The position numbers and the translations under genes are program-made. DNA of 64,000 bases, taken from NCBI RefSeq assembly GCF_027532025.1, contig NZ_JAPZSY010000052.1, positions 377 to 64,376 on the forward strand. The letters are read 5' to 3'. This document shows, piece by piece, positions 44,877-54,092 of the stretch. This stretch comes from Inhella sp. GTDB taxonomy: Bacteria > Pseudomonadota > Gammaproteobacteria > Burkholderiales > Burkholderiaceae_C. The notes beneath the pieces were generated by a model, which did no database searches, was not told the DNA's origin, and worked only from the letters and a program-made list of their open reading frames with translations. Numbering within the stretch: position 1 is the stretch's first letter; each line of letters opens with the position of its first letter.

Positions 44877-45587
44877 GGCATCGCTGAAGGTGCAGGCGGG
44901 GTCGGCGAACACGCCCTCCACGCCCAAGCGGTGGAGGCGGTCGCGGGCCAACCCGTGCAGGTCGGCCAGCCAACGAAGACTCCCATCCGGGCGAGTGCGC
45001 GGCCGGAAGTGCGGTCCGGGGGCATCGGGCGAGCGGCCGAAGGCCTCCAGCACGTCGGCCCCCACTTCGAAGGCCAAGGGACCGATGCACGGCCCCATCC
45101 AGGCCCTCAGCGCGAAGTTGTCGGGCGCCCACTCGCGCAACGCCGCGACAGTGGACTCCAACACCCCACCCGCCAGCCCGCGCCAACCCGCGTGGGCCCC
45201 GCCCACGGCCAAGGCGCGCCCCTGTGGGTCCAGCGCACTGAGCAGCACGGGCAGGCAGTCGGCCACCTGGATGGCCAAGGGCAGCCCCGGCGTCACGGTG
45301 ACGGCTGCATCGGCCTGCACCGGCTCGGGCGGAGGCTCGCGGAGCAGCACGCAGCGGCTGCCATGCACTTGGTGCAGGTAGACCGGCTCAGCCCCCATTA
45401 GCGCCGCCACGCGGCGACGGTTTTCAGCCACGGCGGCCGGGTCGTCACCCACGCTGCGCCCCAGGTTCAGTCGGTCCCACGGCGCCGCGCTCACCCCGCC
45501 TTCGCGTGTGCTCATGAAGGCGTGTAACCCCAAGCCCAGCCCGCGCGGGCGCAGGCCGGTCAGGGGCGGCGGCGTGTCATTCGGCAT
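44805..45587 (-). CDS. pgeF: Laccase-domain / peptidoglycan editing factor PgeF (YfiH, DUF152)
   Basis: STREGGVS, QVHG, ADCLPVLL, HAGWRG and CTFSD motifs typical of YfiH. Confidence 0.85.
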   Translation of the reverse strand: MPNDTPPPLTGLRPRGLGLGLHAFMSTREGGVSAAPWDRLNLGRSVGDDPAAVAENRRRVAALMGAEPVYLHQVHGSRCVLLREPPPEPVQADAAVTVTPGLPLAIQVADCLPVLLSALDPQGRALAVGGAHAGWRGLAGGVLESTVAALREWAPDNFALRAWMGPCIGPLAFEVGADVLEAFGRSPDAPGPHFRPRTRPDGSLRWLADLHGLARDRLHRLGVEGVFADPACTFSDASRFFSFRRDGARSGRMAAFIALG

Positions 45588-46221
45588 CGGGACACTGACT
45601 CGGGTGGGTGGCCGCGATGAGGGGGTGTGCCTCGCAGGCCAGGGTCACCGCTTGCACCGCACTCAAGGCCGACAGGTCGGCCCCGAAGCGCCGGGCATTG
45701 AACACTTGCGGCAGCAGCACGCAGTCGGCGTATCCCGGCTCGTCGCCCTGGCAGAAGCTTCCACCGAAGTGAGGGCTGGCGCGCAGCCGGGCATCGACCA
45801 CCGCGAGGCCTCGCTCGATCCAATGCCGAGCCCAAGCCGTCTTGGCGTCCTCGTCCAACTTCAGCGGGCCCACCAGATGGCGCAGCACGCGCAGGTTTTG
45901 CAAGGGGTGCACGTCGCACGCGATGTCCTGCGCCAACGAGCGAACGAAGGCGCGCTGCACCGGGTCGGTCGGCAGCAAGGGCGGGTGGGGGTGCACCTCC
46001 TCGAGGTAGTCGAGGATGGCCAGCGACTGCGTCAGCCGCGTGCCGTCGCCCAGGATCAAGCTGGGCACTTGCTGGGCCTCGCCGCCGAGGGCCACGTCGT
46101 GCTGCACGTTGCGCACCAGGTGCACGCCGCGGTAGTCGTAGGGCAGGCCCTTGAGGGCCAGGGCCATGCGCACACGCCAACTGGCCGAGGAGCGGAAGTA
46201 TGCAAACAGGGTGAGCGCCAT
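45577..46221 (-). CDS. maiA: Maleylacetoacetate isomerase (zeta-class glutathione S-transferase)
   Basis: ATG at 46221 (MALTLFAYFRSSASWRVRMALALKG). The SSxSxRVR motif is typical of GST zeta. Confidence 0.82.
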   Translation of the reverse strand: MALTLFAYFRSSASWRVRMALALKGLPYDYRGVHLVRNVQHDVALGGEAQQVPSLILGDGTRLTQSLAILDYLEEVHPHPPLLPTDPVQRAFVRSLAQDIACDVHPLQNLRVLRHLVGPLKLDEDAKTAWARHWIERGLAVVDARLRASPHFGGSFCQGDEPGYADCVLLPQVFNARRFGADLSALSAVQAVTLACEAHPLIAATHPSQCPDAE

Positions 46222-46252
46222 CGCTTGATCTTGCCATGCCAAACTGCCGCCC

Positions 46253-46786
46253 ATGACGCCCCGACGCCTGAGGCATTGCACCGAATGCGGCACCGCCGTG
46301 AGCTATCGCGTGCCCACGGACGACAACCGCGAGCGGGCGGTGTGCGCCGCCTGCGGTCACATCCAGTACCAAAACCCGCTCAACGTGGTGGGCACCTTGC
46401 CCCTGGCCGACGACGGGCGCGTGCTGCTGTGCCGGCGCGCCATCGAACCCCGCCGCGGTTTTTGGACGCTGCCCGCGGGCTTCATGGAGTTGGGCGAAAC
46501 GGTGGAGCAAGGCGCCTTGCGCGAAACCACCGAAGAAGCGGGCGCGCGGGTGGAGCTGCTGGGCTTGATGGCCTTGATCAACGTGCTCCACGTGGGCCAG
46601 GTTCACTTCTTCTACCGGGCCCGGCTGTTGGACTTGGACTTCGCCCCGGGCGAGGAGTCGCTGGAGGTGCGCCTGTTCCATTGGGACCAGGTGCCGTGGG
46701 ACGAGTTGGCGTTCCGCACGGTGCGTCTGACCTTGGAACACCAGCGCGCCGGCACCCCCGGGTTGCTGAGCACCGCCGTCAGCTGA
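46253..46786 (+). CDS. NUDIX hydrolase with N-terminal zinc ribbon
   Basis: CTECG...CAACGH zinc ribbon and the Nudix box GFMELGETVEQGALRETTEEAG. Confidence 0.85.
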   Translation: MTPRRLRHCTECGTAVSYRVPTDDNRERAVCAACGHIQYQNPLNVVGTLPLADDGRVLLCRRAIEPRRGFWTLPAGFMELGETVEQGALRETTEEAGARVELLGLMALINVLHVGQVHFFYRARLLDLDFAPGEESLEVRLFHWDQVPWDELAFRTVRLTLEHQRAGTPGLLSTAVS

Positions 46787-47909
46787 CGGCGTTCCAGACC
46801 GGGTAGTCGGTGTAGCCCTCGGCGCCGCCGCCGTAGAAGGTGGTGGCGTCGGGCTCGTTCAGGGGCGCCCCGTGGCGGAAACGCTCTGGCAGGTCCGGGT
46901 TGGCGATGTAGGCGCGACCGAAGGCCACCGCATCGAGCCAGCCCTGACGCAGCGCCTCACGAGCTCGCTCGGCGGTGTAACGCCCGGCCCCCACGAGCAC
47001 GCCGGGGTAGGCCTCGCGCAGCGCGTGGCGGAAGGCCGGCGCGAGCCCCTCGCCGGACCCCGTCCAGTCGGGCTCGCTCAGGTGCAGGTAGGCCAAGCCG
47101 CGCGGTGCCAGCGCGCGGGCCACCGTCAGGGCATTGGCTTCGGGCGCGTCATCGGCCAACTCGGGCGAGGACGAGGCCCCGAACGAGACGCGCAGGCCCA
47201 CCCGGTCGGCCGACCAGGTGTCGGCACAGGCGTCCACCACCTCCAGCAGCAGCCGCATCCGGGCCGCGATGGGACCGCCGTAGGCATCGGTGCGCCGGTT
47301 GCTGGCCGCGGCCAGGAATTGGTGCAACAAATAACCATTGGCGCCGTGGATCTCCACTGCATCGAAACCGGCCGCGCGGGCGCGCCGCGTGGCCGCCGCA
47401 TAGGCATCGACGATGCCCGGCAGCTCGGACACCTCCAAGGCCCGGGCGGGGCTGCACAGCGTGCGCATGGGGCGGCCTTGCGCATCCCGCAGGCTGGTGC
47501 GGGCCTGGGTGGGCAGCACGGAAGGGCCCACAGGCGGCAAGCCGGCCGGCTGCAGGCTGCTGTGCGAGATGCGCCCCACGTGCCACAACTGGCACGCGAT
47601 GCGCCCGCCGACGGCGTGGACCGCCGCGGTCACCGGCTGCCAGGCTCGGACCTGCGCGTCGCTGTAAATGCCGGGGGCGCCGGCATAGCCCTTGGCCTGC
47701 GGGCTGATGTGGGTGGCTTCGCTGACGATGAGGCCTGCACCGGCCCGCTGGGCGTAGTGCTCGGCCATCAGCGGGATGGGCAGGTCGCCGGGTTCCAGGC
47801 AACGCAGGCGGGTCAGCGGCGCCATCCACACGCGGTGCGGCACGGCCAGGGCCCCAACCTGCAGCGGCCGGAACAAGGGGTCGTCAAGGCTGGAGCGTTC
47901 AGTCGTCAT
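46779..47909 (-). CDS. Old Yellow Enzyme family NADH:flavin oxidoreductase (alkene reductase, NemA-like)
   Basis: LFRPLQVGALAVPHRVWMAPLTR and HGANGYLLHQFL. 376 aa. The ATG overlaps the lapD-like stop region by 11 nt. Confidence 0.9.
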   Translation of the reverse strand: MTTERSSLDDPLFRPLQVGALAVPHRVWMAPLTRLRCLEPGDLPIPLMAEHYAQRAGAGLIVSEATHISPQAKGYAGAPGIYSDAQVRAWQPVTAAVHAVGGRIACQLWHVGRISHSSLQPAGLPPVGPSVLPTQARTSLRDAQGRPMRTLCSPARALEVSELPGIVDAYAAATRRARAAGFDAVEIHGANGYLLHQFLAAASNRRTDAYGGPIAARMRLLLEVVDACADTWSADRVGLRVSFGASSSPELADDAPEANALTVARALAPRGLAYLHLSEPDWTGSGEGLAPAFRHALREAYPGVLVGAGRYTAERAREALRQGWLDAVAFGRAYIANPDLPERFRHGAPLNEPDATTFYGGGAEGYTDYPVWNAVS

Positions 47910-49851
47910 GGTCTCGGTGTTGCGTGGCCCAGGGGCCCGTCAGGCCATGCAGGCCACAGTCCAGCAGCGTTTGGGCATCGAGTGGATCGTCCACCCCCTC
48001 GGCCACCACCGTCAGCGACAAGCTGTGCAGCACGACGACCAGGCTGCGCACGAAGGCCGCCCGGGCCGGGTCTTCGGCCACGCCCAGCACCACGCTGCGG
48101 TCGAGCTTCACGAAGTCCAAACCCAACAGGTACAGGCGCTCGATCCGCTGCAGGTTGGCACCGGCATGCTCCAGGCCCACCCGAACGCCCAACGGATGCA
48201 CGGCGCGGCTGAGCTCTTGCACGAGCTCGAACTGACGCAAGGCAGCCTCGGCATCGAGCTCCAGGCCCAACTGCCGCGCCGCGGCCGGCTGGCTGCGCAA
48301 GAGCGCCCGCAGCCGACCCAAGAAGGCAGGGTCGCTCAACGAGGCCGGCGCCAGGTTGACGCAGCGTTGCTGACCATCCTGCTGCACCAAGGCCAGGGCC
48401 GCCGCCACGGCCGCCAGATCGACCTCGACGGTCAGGCCCGTGCGTTGGGCCAGAGGCAGCCAGGTCTTGGCGGGCACGAACTCCACCGGTTCTTCAGGAC
48501 CCAAACCGAGTTGCATGGGACATTCCCAGTGCAGCAGGTGACGCGCGCCATCCAAGACGGGGTATGCCGCCAGCCGGAACTGGCCCTGAGCCAGCGCGGC
48601 TTCGATTTGCGCGCGCCACGCGCGCTCGCCCTGGGGAAGGGCCGACACCTCGTCGTCGGGCTGGCGCAAAGCGGTGCTCCAAGCGCCGCCGGCCTGCTCG
48701 GCATCGGCCAGCGCCGCATCGGCTTGAGCGAACCATTGCGACAGCGGCACGCTGCGCCGCAACGCCACCCCGCCCAACGCCAGCCGAATGGCCGAGTGGC
48801 CGCCGTGGCTGGCCGCGCGCTGCAGGTTGGTTTGCACGGCCTTCATCAGGGCTTGGGTGGCCGCATCCAGCGTGTCGGTGGCGGGCCTCCAAACGACCAA
48901 ATCGGCGCCATTGAGCCGACCGCACAAGGCCCCGGGCAGGGCGTGGGTGTGGTGTCGAAGGGCTTCGCCCGCCAGCGCCAACACCTCGTCGGTGGCCTCC
49001 CGTCCCAGCATCTGGTTGACTTGGGCCAAGTCGCGCAGGCGCAGCAAGAACAACTGCCCGCGCTCTGGCCCATCGTCGCGGGCCAAGGCCGAGGCCACCT
49101 CAGCCATGAAGTGCTTGCGCAGCGACAAGCCAGTCAGGGCGTCGCAGTGGGCGTGTTGGCGCAGCAGGCCCAACTGCTCGGTTTGCGCCTCGAACATGCG
49201 CTTGAGCCGAACCACCATGGCGTTCAGGGCCTCGGTCAGGCGGCCCAGCTCGCGCACGCGGCTGGGGGTCACCGTGTTGAACTGCCCCTCGGCCAGCGCA
49301 TCGGCCTGGGCCACGAGGGCATCCAACGGTCGCCGGATGCGCCCGAGCAGCCACTGGGCCAGGCCCCAGGCGGCCAGAGCCACCAGCCCCGCCACCGTTG
49401 CGGTGCGAAGCAAGCTGGTCCACAGGGCGTCGTAGGCGTAGGCGTCGTGGCTGCGCAGTTCGAGCTGCCCCAGGCTTTGCCAGCCGTTGGACACCTGCGC
49501 CACCCCTGCCGGGGCCTCGAGCGAGACGAGGTCGCGCAACCAAGCGGGGGCTTTGGATGGGGCGACCGGGGCCACGCGCTCGAAGACCACGCTGCCGTCG
49601 GCACGGCGCCAACGCAGCGACTGGTAGCCGCCGGTGTCGAACTGCGCGCTCATCAGCAGCTGGATCAAGGTCTCATCACCCGCCTGCTGCGACACCGTGA
49701 GCGACAAGGCTTGGGCGTTGTCGGCGTTCTTCAGCAGCAACTGTTGCCGCAGCAGTTCGGTCAGGGCCCCTCCGGCCGCTCCCATGCCCCCGATGAAGGC
49801 GCACAGCAGCGACAGCACAACCAACGCGCTGAGCTGACGGATCAAAGACAT
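47899..49851 (-). CDS. lapD: LapD-like c-di-GMP receptor (LapD/MoxY N-domain, HAMP, degenerate GGDEF and EAL)
   Basis: Two TM segments flank a periplasmic domain, followed by HAMP. The GGDEF position reads RLNGADLVV and the EAL position reads HWECPMQL, so both are degenerate. 650 aa. It lies directly downstream of the lapG-like gene. Confidence 0.82.
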   Translation of the reverse strand: MSLIRQLSALVVLSLLCAFIGGMGAAGGALTELLRQQLLLKNADNAQALSLTVSQQAGDETLIQLLMSAQFDTGGYQSLRWRRADGSVVFERVAPVAPSKAPAWLRDLVSLEAPAGVAQVSNGWQSLGQLELRSHDAYAYDALWTSLLRTATVAGLVALAAWGLAQWLLGRIRRPLDALVAQADALAEGQFNTVTPSRVRELGRLTEALNAMVVRLKRMFEAQTEQLGLLRQHAHCDALTGLSLRKHFMAEVASALARDDGPERGQLFLLRLRDLAQVNQMLGREATDEVLALAGEALRHHTHALPGALCGRLNGADLVVWRPATDTLDAATQALMKAVQTNLQRAASHGGHSAIRLALGGVALRRSVPLSQWFAQADAALADAEQAGGAWSTALRQPDDEVSALPQGERAWRAQIEAALAQGQFRLAAYPVLDGARHLLHWECPMQLGLGPEEPVEFVPAKTWLPLAQRTGLTVEVDLAAVAAALALVQQDGQQRCVNLAPASLSDPAFLGRLRALLRSQPAAARQLGLELDAEAALRQFELVQELSRAVHPLGVRVGLEHAGANLQRIERLYLLGLDFVKLDRSVVLGVAEDPARAAFVRSLVVVLHSLSLTVVAEGVDDPLDAQTLLDCGLHGLTGPWATQHRDHDD

Positions 49852-49873
49852 GGCTGGCTTCCCATCGACATCG

Positions 49874-50515
49874 TCAAAACCCTTCGTCGCGCGATCGCTG
49901 CAGGGCGTCGCGCCAGACGCCCAGGCGAGCCAGCGGGTTGCCGGCGCCTTGCGCCCCCACGCCTTGCCACAGGCCCTCGGCGTTGAAACTGAAAACCGGC
50001 TGCAAGTCGCGCCTTTGGCTGGCGGGCAAGAGCTCGGGGTTGAGGTTGTCCAGGATCATGGGCTCGGCTTCCGGTCTGGGGTACCAGGCCAACACCATGT
50101 GGGCCTGCACCCGCCCCTCGTGGTTGGCCTTGACGTAGACCATCCGCAAGCTCGTTGGCGGCAGGCCCATGCCCAGCAGCGTGAAGTACTTGCCCATGGC
50201 GATGTCTTCGCAATCACCGGCCCCCTTTTCGAACATCTCCATGGGACTCGCCCAATAGTCCACACGGCCCCACACCTCGGTGTCCTCCCGCCAATCGACC
50301 CGCCGGTTGAAGAAGCCGTTGACTTGGCTCACCCGCTCTTCGGCCGTCCAAGCGCGCCCTCGAGCGGCCAGATCCAACAGGGCCATCACCTGGGCCTGAA
50401 CGGCCGGACTCCGGCGCGCCGCCTGTTGCTGAAGACGGATGGCATCCCAGGCGGCCACGGCCATGCCCAGCATGGCGAGCGCCACAGCGAGGACCATTCG
50501 TGACATCGGACGCAT
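49874..50515 (-). CDS. lapG: Periplasmic transglutaminase-like cysteine protease LapG (DUF920/BTLCP)
   Basis: Signal-like N-terminus and C-H-D candidates (GAGDCEDIAMGKY, AHMVLAWY, ILDNL). 213 aa. Confidence 0.82.
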   Translation of the reverse strand: MRPMSRMVLAVALAMLGMAVAAWDAIRLQQQAARRSPAVQAQVMALLDLAARGRAWTAEERVSQVNGFFNRRVDWREDTEVWGRVDYWASPMEMFEKGAGDCEDIAMGKYFTLLGMGLPPTSLRMVYVKANHEGRVQAHMVLAWYPRPEAEPMILDNLNPELLPASQRRDLQPVFSFNAEGLWQGVGAQGAGNPLARLGVWRDALQRSRDEGF

Positions 50516-50607
50516 GCAAAGCCGGAAACAGGGGGGGGCAGTATCGAGGTTGGCACCGAAGACCGCGGCTCTGCCTATGATGGTTTTTTCGGAGACTTGG
50601 CGGCGCC

Positions 50608-51474
50608 ATGCAAAGCGAACAGATCCAGCAAGAACTCACCTTGGCTCGGGACAAAGGGCCGCTGCGAGAGATCAAGATCCCCCCCTGCCCTGACCTGCTT
50701 CGTCGCCTGCGAAACGCCCTGAGCAGCAGCGAACCGGACATGACCGAGGTTCAAAGCATTGCCGCCGCCGACGTGGCCATGTCAGGCACGCTGATCCGGG
50801 TGGCCAACAGCCCAGTGCACCTGGGCGATGGCGCGCCCTGCGTCAGCGTGGGACAGGCCTTGATGCGCCTGGGGATTCGCCAGACCACGATGCTGATGCA
50901 GCAGTTCTTGGTTCGGCACGCGATCCCCGTCAACAGCACCCATTTGCAGCGCTTTTGGGAGCGCTCGGCCAAGCGCGCCATCTGCATGGAGTACATGGCC
51001 CAACGGGCCCCCGACTTGGACCCGGACCTGGCCGCCAGCCATGGCCTGTTCTGCCACGTGGGCCTGCCCGTGCTGCTGCAATCGGTCAAAGGGTATGGCG
51101 GCACGATGGTCGAAGCCGCGGCGCGCATCGATCGGCCCTATGTGGTCACCGAGGACGCCAACCACCGCACCAACCACGCCGTCGTGGGCGCCTTGGTGGT
51201 TCGAGCCTGGGGCTTCCCGTCGGTGCTGATGGCGTCGGTGCGCCTGCACCACGACTTCACCGTCTTGAACGACCGAGAGATCGACCCCGAGGTGCCGCTG
51301 CTGGTGGCGGCGGGCTTGGTCGCCGAGCAATTGATGCGCGAGCACGAATCGCTGCCGCCCGATTCCGAATGGCTGGCGCACCGGGCGGACGCCCTGCATG
51401 TGCTGCGCATCACCGATGCCGATCTGCAGGAATGGGGCGAGGAGTTGACCCTGCAGCTGGACTACGCGTTCTGA
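50608..51474 (+). CDS. HDOD domain protein
   Basis: 288 aa. LPPCPDLLRRLRNAL, then an HD-related helical core (HGLFCHVGLPVLL, HAVVGALVVRAWGFP) typical of HDOD. Confidence 0.82.
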   Translation: MQSEQIQQELTLARDKGPLREIKIPPCPDLLRRLRNALSSSEPDMTEVQSIAAADVAMSGTLIRVANSPVHLGDGAPCVSVGQALMRLGIRQTTMLMQQFLVRHAIPVNSTHLQRFWERSAKRAICMEYMAQRAPDLDPDLAASHGLFCHVGLPVLLQSVKGYGGTMVEAAARIDRPYVVTEDANHRTNHAVVGALVVRAWGFPSVLMASVRLHHDFTVLNDREIDPEVPLLVAAGLVAEQLMREHESLPPDSEWLAHRADALHVLRITDADLQEWGEELTLQLDYAF

Positions 51475-52136
51475 AGCAAGAAGCGGCGCGCGCGCACCAG
51501 CGTTTGCGCCGCCCGCCAAGCGCCCTGCCCGCCGCCCTGCGCTCGCCAAGCGGGCCACAGACGCAGCAACAACTCGGCGCTCACCCACGCATCGCTGATG
51601 GCGCGGTGGCGTTGCCCCACCGCCAAGCCAAAGTGCCCCAACCAATCGTCCAAGTGGCGGTGCGGCAGTTCGGGGTGCAGCAAGCGGGCCAACACAGCCA
51701 AGTCCAGCCACGGAGGCGCCCACGCGGCCCCCAGGTGCACGCGACAAGCCCGGTCGAGCATGGTGGCGTCGAAGGCCGCATGGAATGCCAAACAGGGCGC
51801 ACCGTCGACAAAATCCACCAGGCGCTGCAGGCCCTCGGCCACTGGCAACCCACCGCCTTGCTCCCCGCGTCCCACGCCGTGCAACAGGATGTTGCGCCGA
51901 GCCACCTCGTCCAGCGCGAGGCCGGGCGGACATTGCAGCACCACCTCGAAGCTGTCGGCTGGGCGCAAGCAAGGACGCCCGTCCACCCAGTGCACGGCCA
52001 CGGCGGCGGCGGCGATCAGGCGGTCGCGGGCCATATCCAGGCCGCTGGTTTCGGTGTCCAGCACCACCCAGCGACGGGCTTCCGGGGCGCGCTGGGCGGC
52101 GCGGCGGCGGGCTTGCCAGTGGCGCCATCCCATCAT
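51462..52136 (-). CDS. DEDDh 3'-5' exonuclease (DnaQ/epsilon-like)
   Basis: The ATG at 52136 overlaps the upstream stop (ATGA). Exo I VVLDTETSGLD, Exo II AFHAAFDATML, Exo III HRAISDAWVSAEL. 224 aa. Confidence 0.82.
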   Translation of the reverse strand: MMGWRHWQARRRAAQRAPEARRWVVLDTETSGLDMARDRLIAAAAVAVHWVDGRPCLRPADSFEVVLQCPPGLALDEVARRNILLHGVGRGEQGGGLPVAEGLQRLVDFVDGAPCLAFHAAFDATMLDRACRVHLGAAWAPPWLDLAVLARLLHPELPHRHLDDWLGHFGLAVGQRHRAISDAWVSAELLLRLWPAWRAQGGGQGAWRAAQTLVRARRFLLQNA

Positions 52137-54022
52137 GCGCGGAGGTGGTCCAGTTGGACCCGCTGCTGCAAACGCTGCGCCACGCGCAGCGACACCCGCA
52201 GGGTTCGGCGGTCGAGGTCGTTCAAACCCGCGATGGGCACCCAATTGCCACCCAACCCGGAAGCCCCGGGGGCCTCGGGGTCCAGTTGCACCTGCAAACG
52301 CAGGCCCTGCAAAAACTCGAAGGCCGCCGCCCAACCGGTGCGCTCGGCCTCGGCCACCCCCAGCGCCTCGCCCGCTCGCAACAAGCGCTCGCGCGTGCCC
52401 ACGGCGTCCACGCCTTGCGCCAGGGCCATCAGCCGCGCGGCCTCCACGAACATGGCCGTGCCTTGGGCTTTGAGGTCCAGGCCAGCCACGCCATCGCGCT
52501 CCTGAGGGTCCAACGCGCCCCGCCAGCTCAGGGGTGGCTTCCAGCGCAGCGCGTTTTCCGCCATCAGCCGCAAGAAGCGGGGCGACGCCGGACCCCGCGC
52601 CAATTCACGCAAGGGTTGAGCCAGCTGCGCTTGTCCGGCCACGGCCCGGGCATCGAAAAAGATCGACACGCGCAGCAAATCCTCGGGAGTGCCCTGGCTC
52701 AGCCATCCAAGAAAGGCCTCTCGCCACTCCTGCACCGACCGGCAGCAATCCGGGTTGCTGGCCATGACCCCGCCCTTGCAGAGCGGGAAGCCCGCCTCGT
52801 TCAGGCTGCCGCAGACAGCCCGGCCCAGCGCAAGCCAGCGCGGACGGTCGGTGTCGGGGGCGTCGCTGACGAACACGATGCCATTGTCTTGATCCGTGGC
52901 GATGGTTTGCTCGCCACGTCCCTCGCTGCCGAAGGCGAGCCAAGCGGCTTGCTCGAGATCCAGATCCAGCGCCTGGGCATGCAATTGCACCAAGCGCTCG
53001 GTGAGCAGATCGTTCAGATGGGCGATGAGACCCGTGAGCGTCTTGGCCCCGACACCCTGCCCGGCCAAGAGACGTGCCAGTTCGCGAATGCGGGGCGCTT
53101 GCTCCAGCACCGCAGGCACATCCTCGGCCGCCCGCAGCTCGCCACTGACGCGCTGCACCGACAGCCGCGACAAAGCAAACAAGTCGCGCTCGGACACGAT
53201 GCCCACCAGCCGTTCGCCGTCCACGACAACCACGTGCCGCAGCGTGTAGCGGCTCATCAACAAGGCAGCGTCTTGCGCTGAGTGCTGGATGCTGAGGGCG
53301 CGCACTGGTCGCGACATCACCTCCCCAATCGCCAAGTGCAGGGGACGCTGCGGCAAGGTGACGCGATCGAGCACGTCGTCGCGCGTCAGGATGCCCAGCG
53401 GACGCTGCGCGGCGTCCACCACCACCACGGAGCCCACGCGCCGCTGGCTCATGGCGCGCAGCGCCAGCTCAAGCGGCATGTCCGGGCCGACGGTCAGCAC
53501 CTTGGTGCGCATCAGCTCACCCAGCGGCCGCTCCATCGACTGCTGGGCCAGGGCCGCCTGCGTGGCCTGGCGGGCCTGCTCGCGGCCCGCGAGCTGGATG
53601 AGCTGCAACACGCGCTCGCTCAAGTGCGCGGCCAGCGGCGGGCTGCGCGCGGCCACCTGTTGAACCACTTCGGTGGGCACCCGCCAGACGAAGACATCGC
53701 TGTCCGCGCGGTAGGTGGCCGTCACGGCGCGCCCTTGCATCAGCGCCGCCATCGGGAAGCAATCGCCGGCCTCGTACTGCCAGCCACCGGCCAAGTCGGC
53801 CAGGCCATGCTGCGCCACCACCACGCCGGACTTGACCACGAACATCGTGGTGGCCGGGCCGTCGGCCGGCTGGGTGATGACCTCCTCGGGTCCAAAGTAC
53901 GCCTGCTCCGCCGCCAGCACCAGGGCCTGTACATCGGCCTCGGCCATGGCATCGAAGGGCGCGTGACGGCGCCACAAGGCCAGCTCTTGGGACAGCAACT
54001 GGGCAGCGGGGCGTTCGGGCAT
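52133..54022 (-). CDS. Signal-transduction protein: cNMP-binding-like + tandem CBS + DUF294 nucleotidyltransferase + DUF294_C
   Basis: 629 aa. Two CBS motifs (…RRVGSVVVVD… and …LRHVVVVD…ERDL…). Nucleotidyltransferase core AFGSEGRGEQTIATDQDNG. Helical C-terminal substrate-binding-like region. Confidence 0.86.
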   Translation of the reverse strand: MPERPAAQLLSQELALWRRHAPFDAMAEADVQALVLAAEQAYFGPEEVITQPADGPATTMFVVKSGVVVAQHGLADLAGGWQYEAGDCFPMAALMQGRAVTATYRADSDVFVWRVPTEVVQQVAARSPPLAAHLSERVLQLIQLAGREQARQATQAALAQQSMERPLGELMRTKVLTVGPDMPLELALRAMSQRRVGSVVVVDAAQRPLGILTRDDVLDRVTLPQRPLHLAIGEVMSRPVRALSIQHSAQDAALLMSRYTLRHVVVVDGERLVGIVSERDLFALSRLSVQRVSGELRAAEDVPAVLEQAPRIRELARLLAGQGVGAKTLTGLIAHLNDLLTERLVQLHAQALDLDLEQAAWLAFGSEGRGEQTIATDQDNGIVFVSDAPDTDRPRWLALGRAVCGSLNEAGFPLCKGGVMASNPDCCRSVQEWREAFLGWLSQGTPEDLLRVSIFFDARAVAGQAQLAQPLRELARGPASPRFLRLMAENALRWKPPLSWRGALDPQERDGVAGLDLKAQGTAMFVEAARLMALAQGVDAVGTRERLLRAGEALGVAEAERTGWAAAFEFLQGLRLQVQLDPEAPGASGLGGNWVPIAGLNDLDRRTLRVSLRVAQRLQQRVQLDHLRA

Positions 54023-54037
54023 GTGGCGCAGGCTCCA

Positions 54038-54068
54038 AAGCGAAACGGCCCCGCATTCTGCGGGGCCG
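54038..54068 (-). terminator. Hairpin (possible terminator/attenuator) between the symporter and the DUF294 gene
   Basis: On the minus strand: ACGGCCCCGC-AGAAT-GCGGGGCCGT followed by TTCGCTTT. It lies only about 20 nt before the DUF294 ATG. Confidence 0.5.
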
Positions 54069-54092
54069 TTGAGGCTCAGGGTTTGCGACCGA

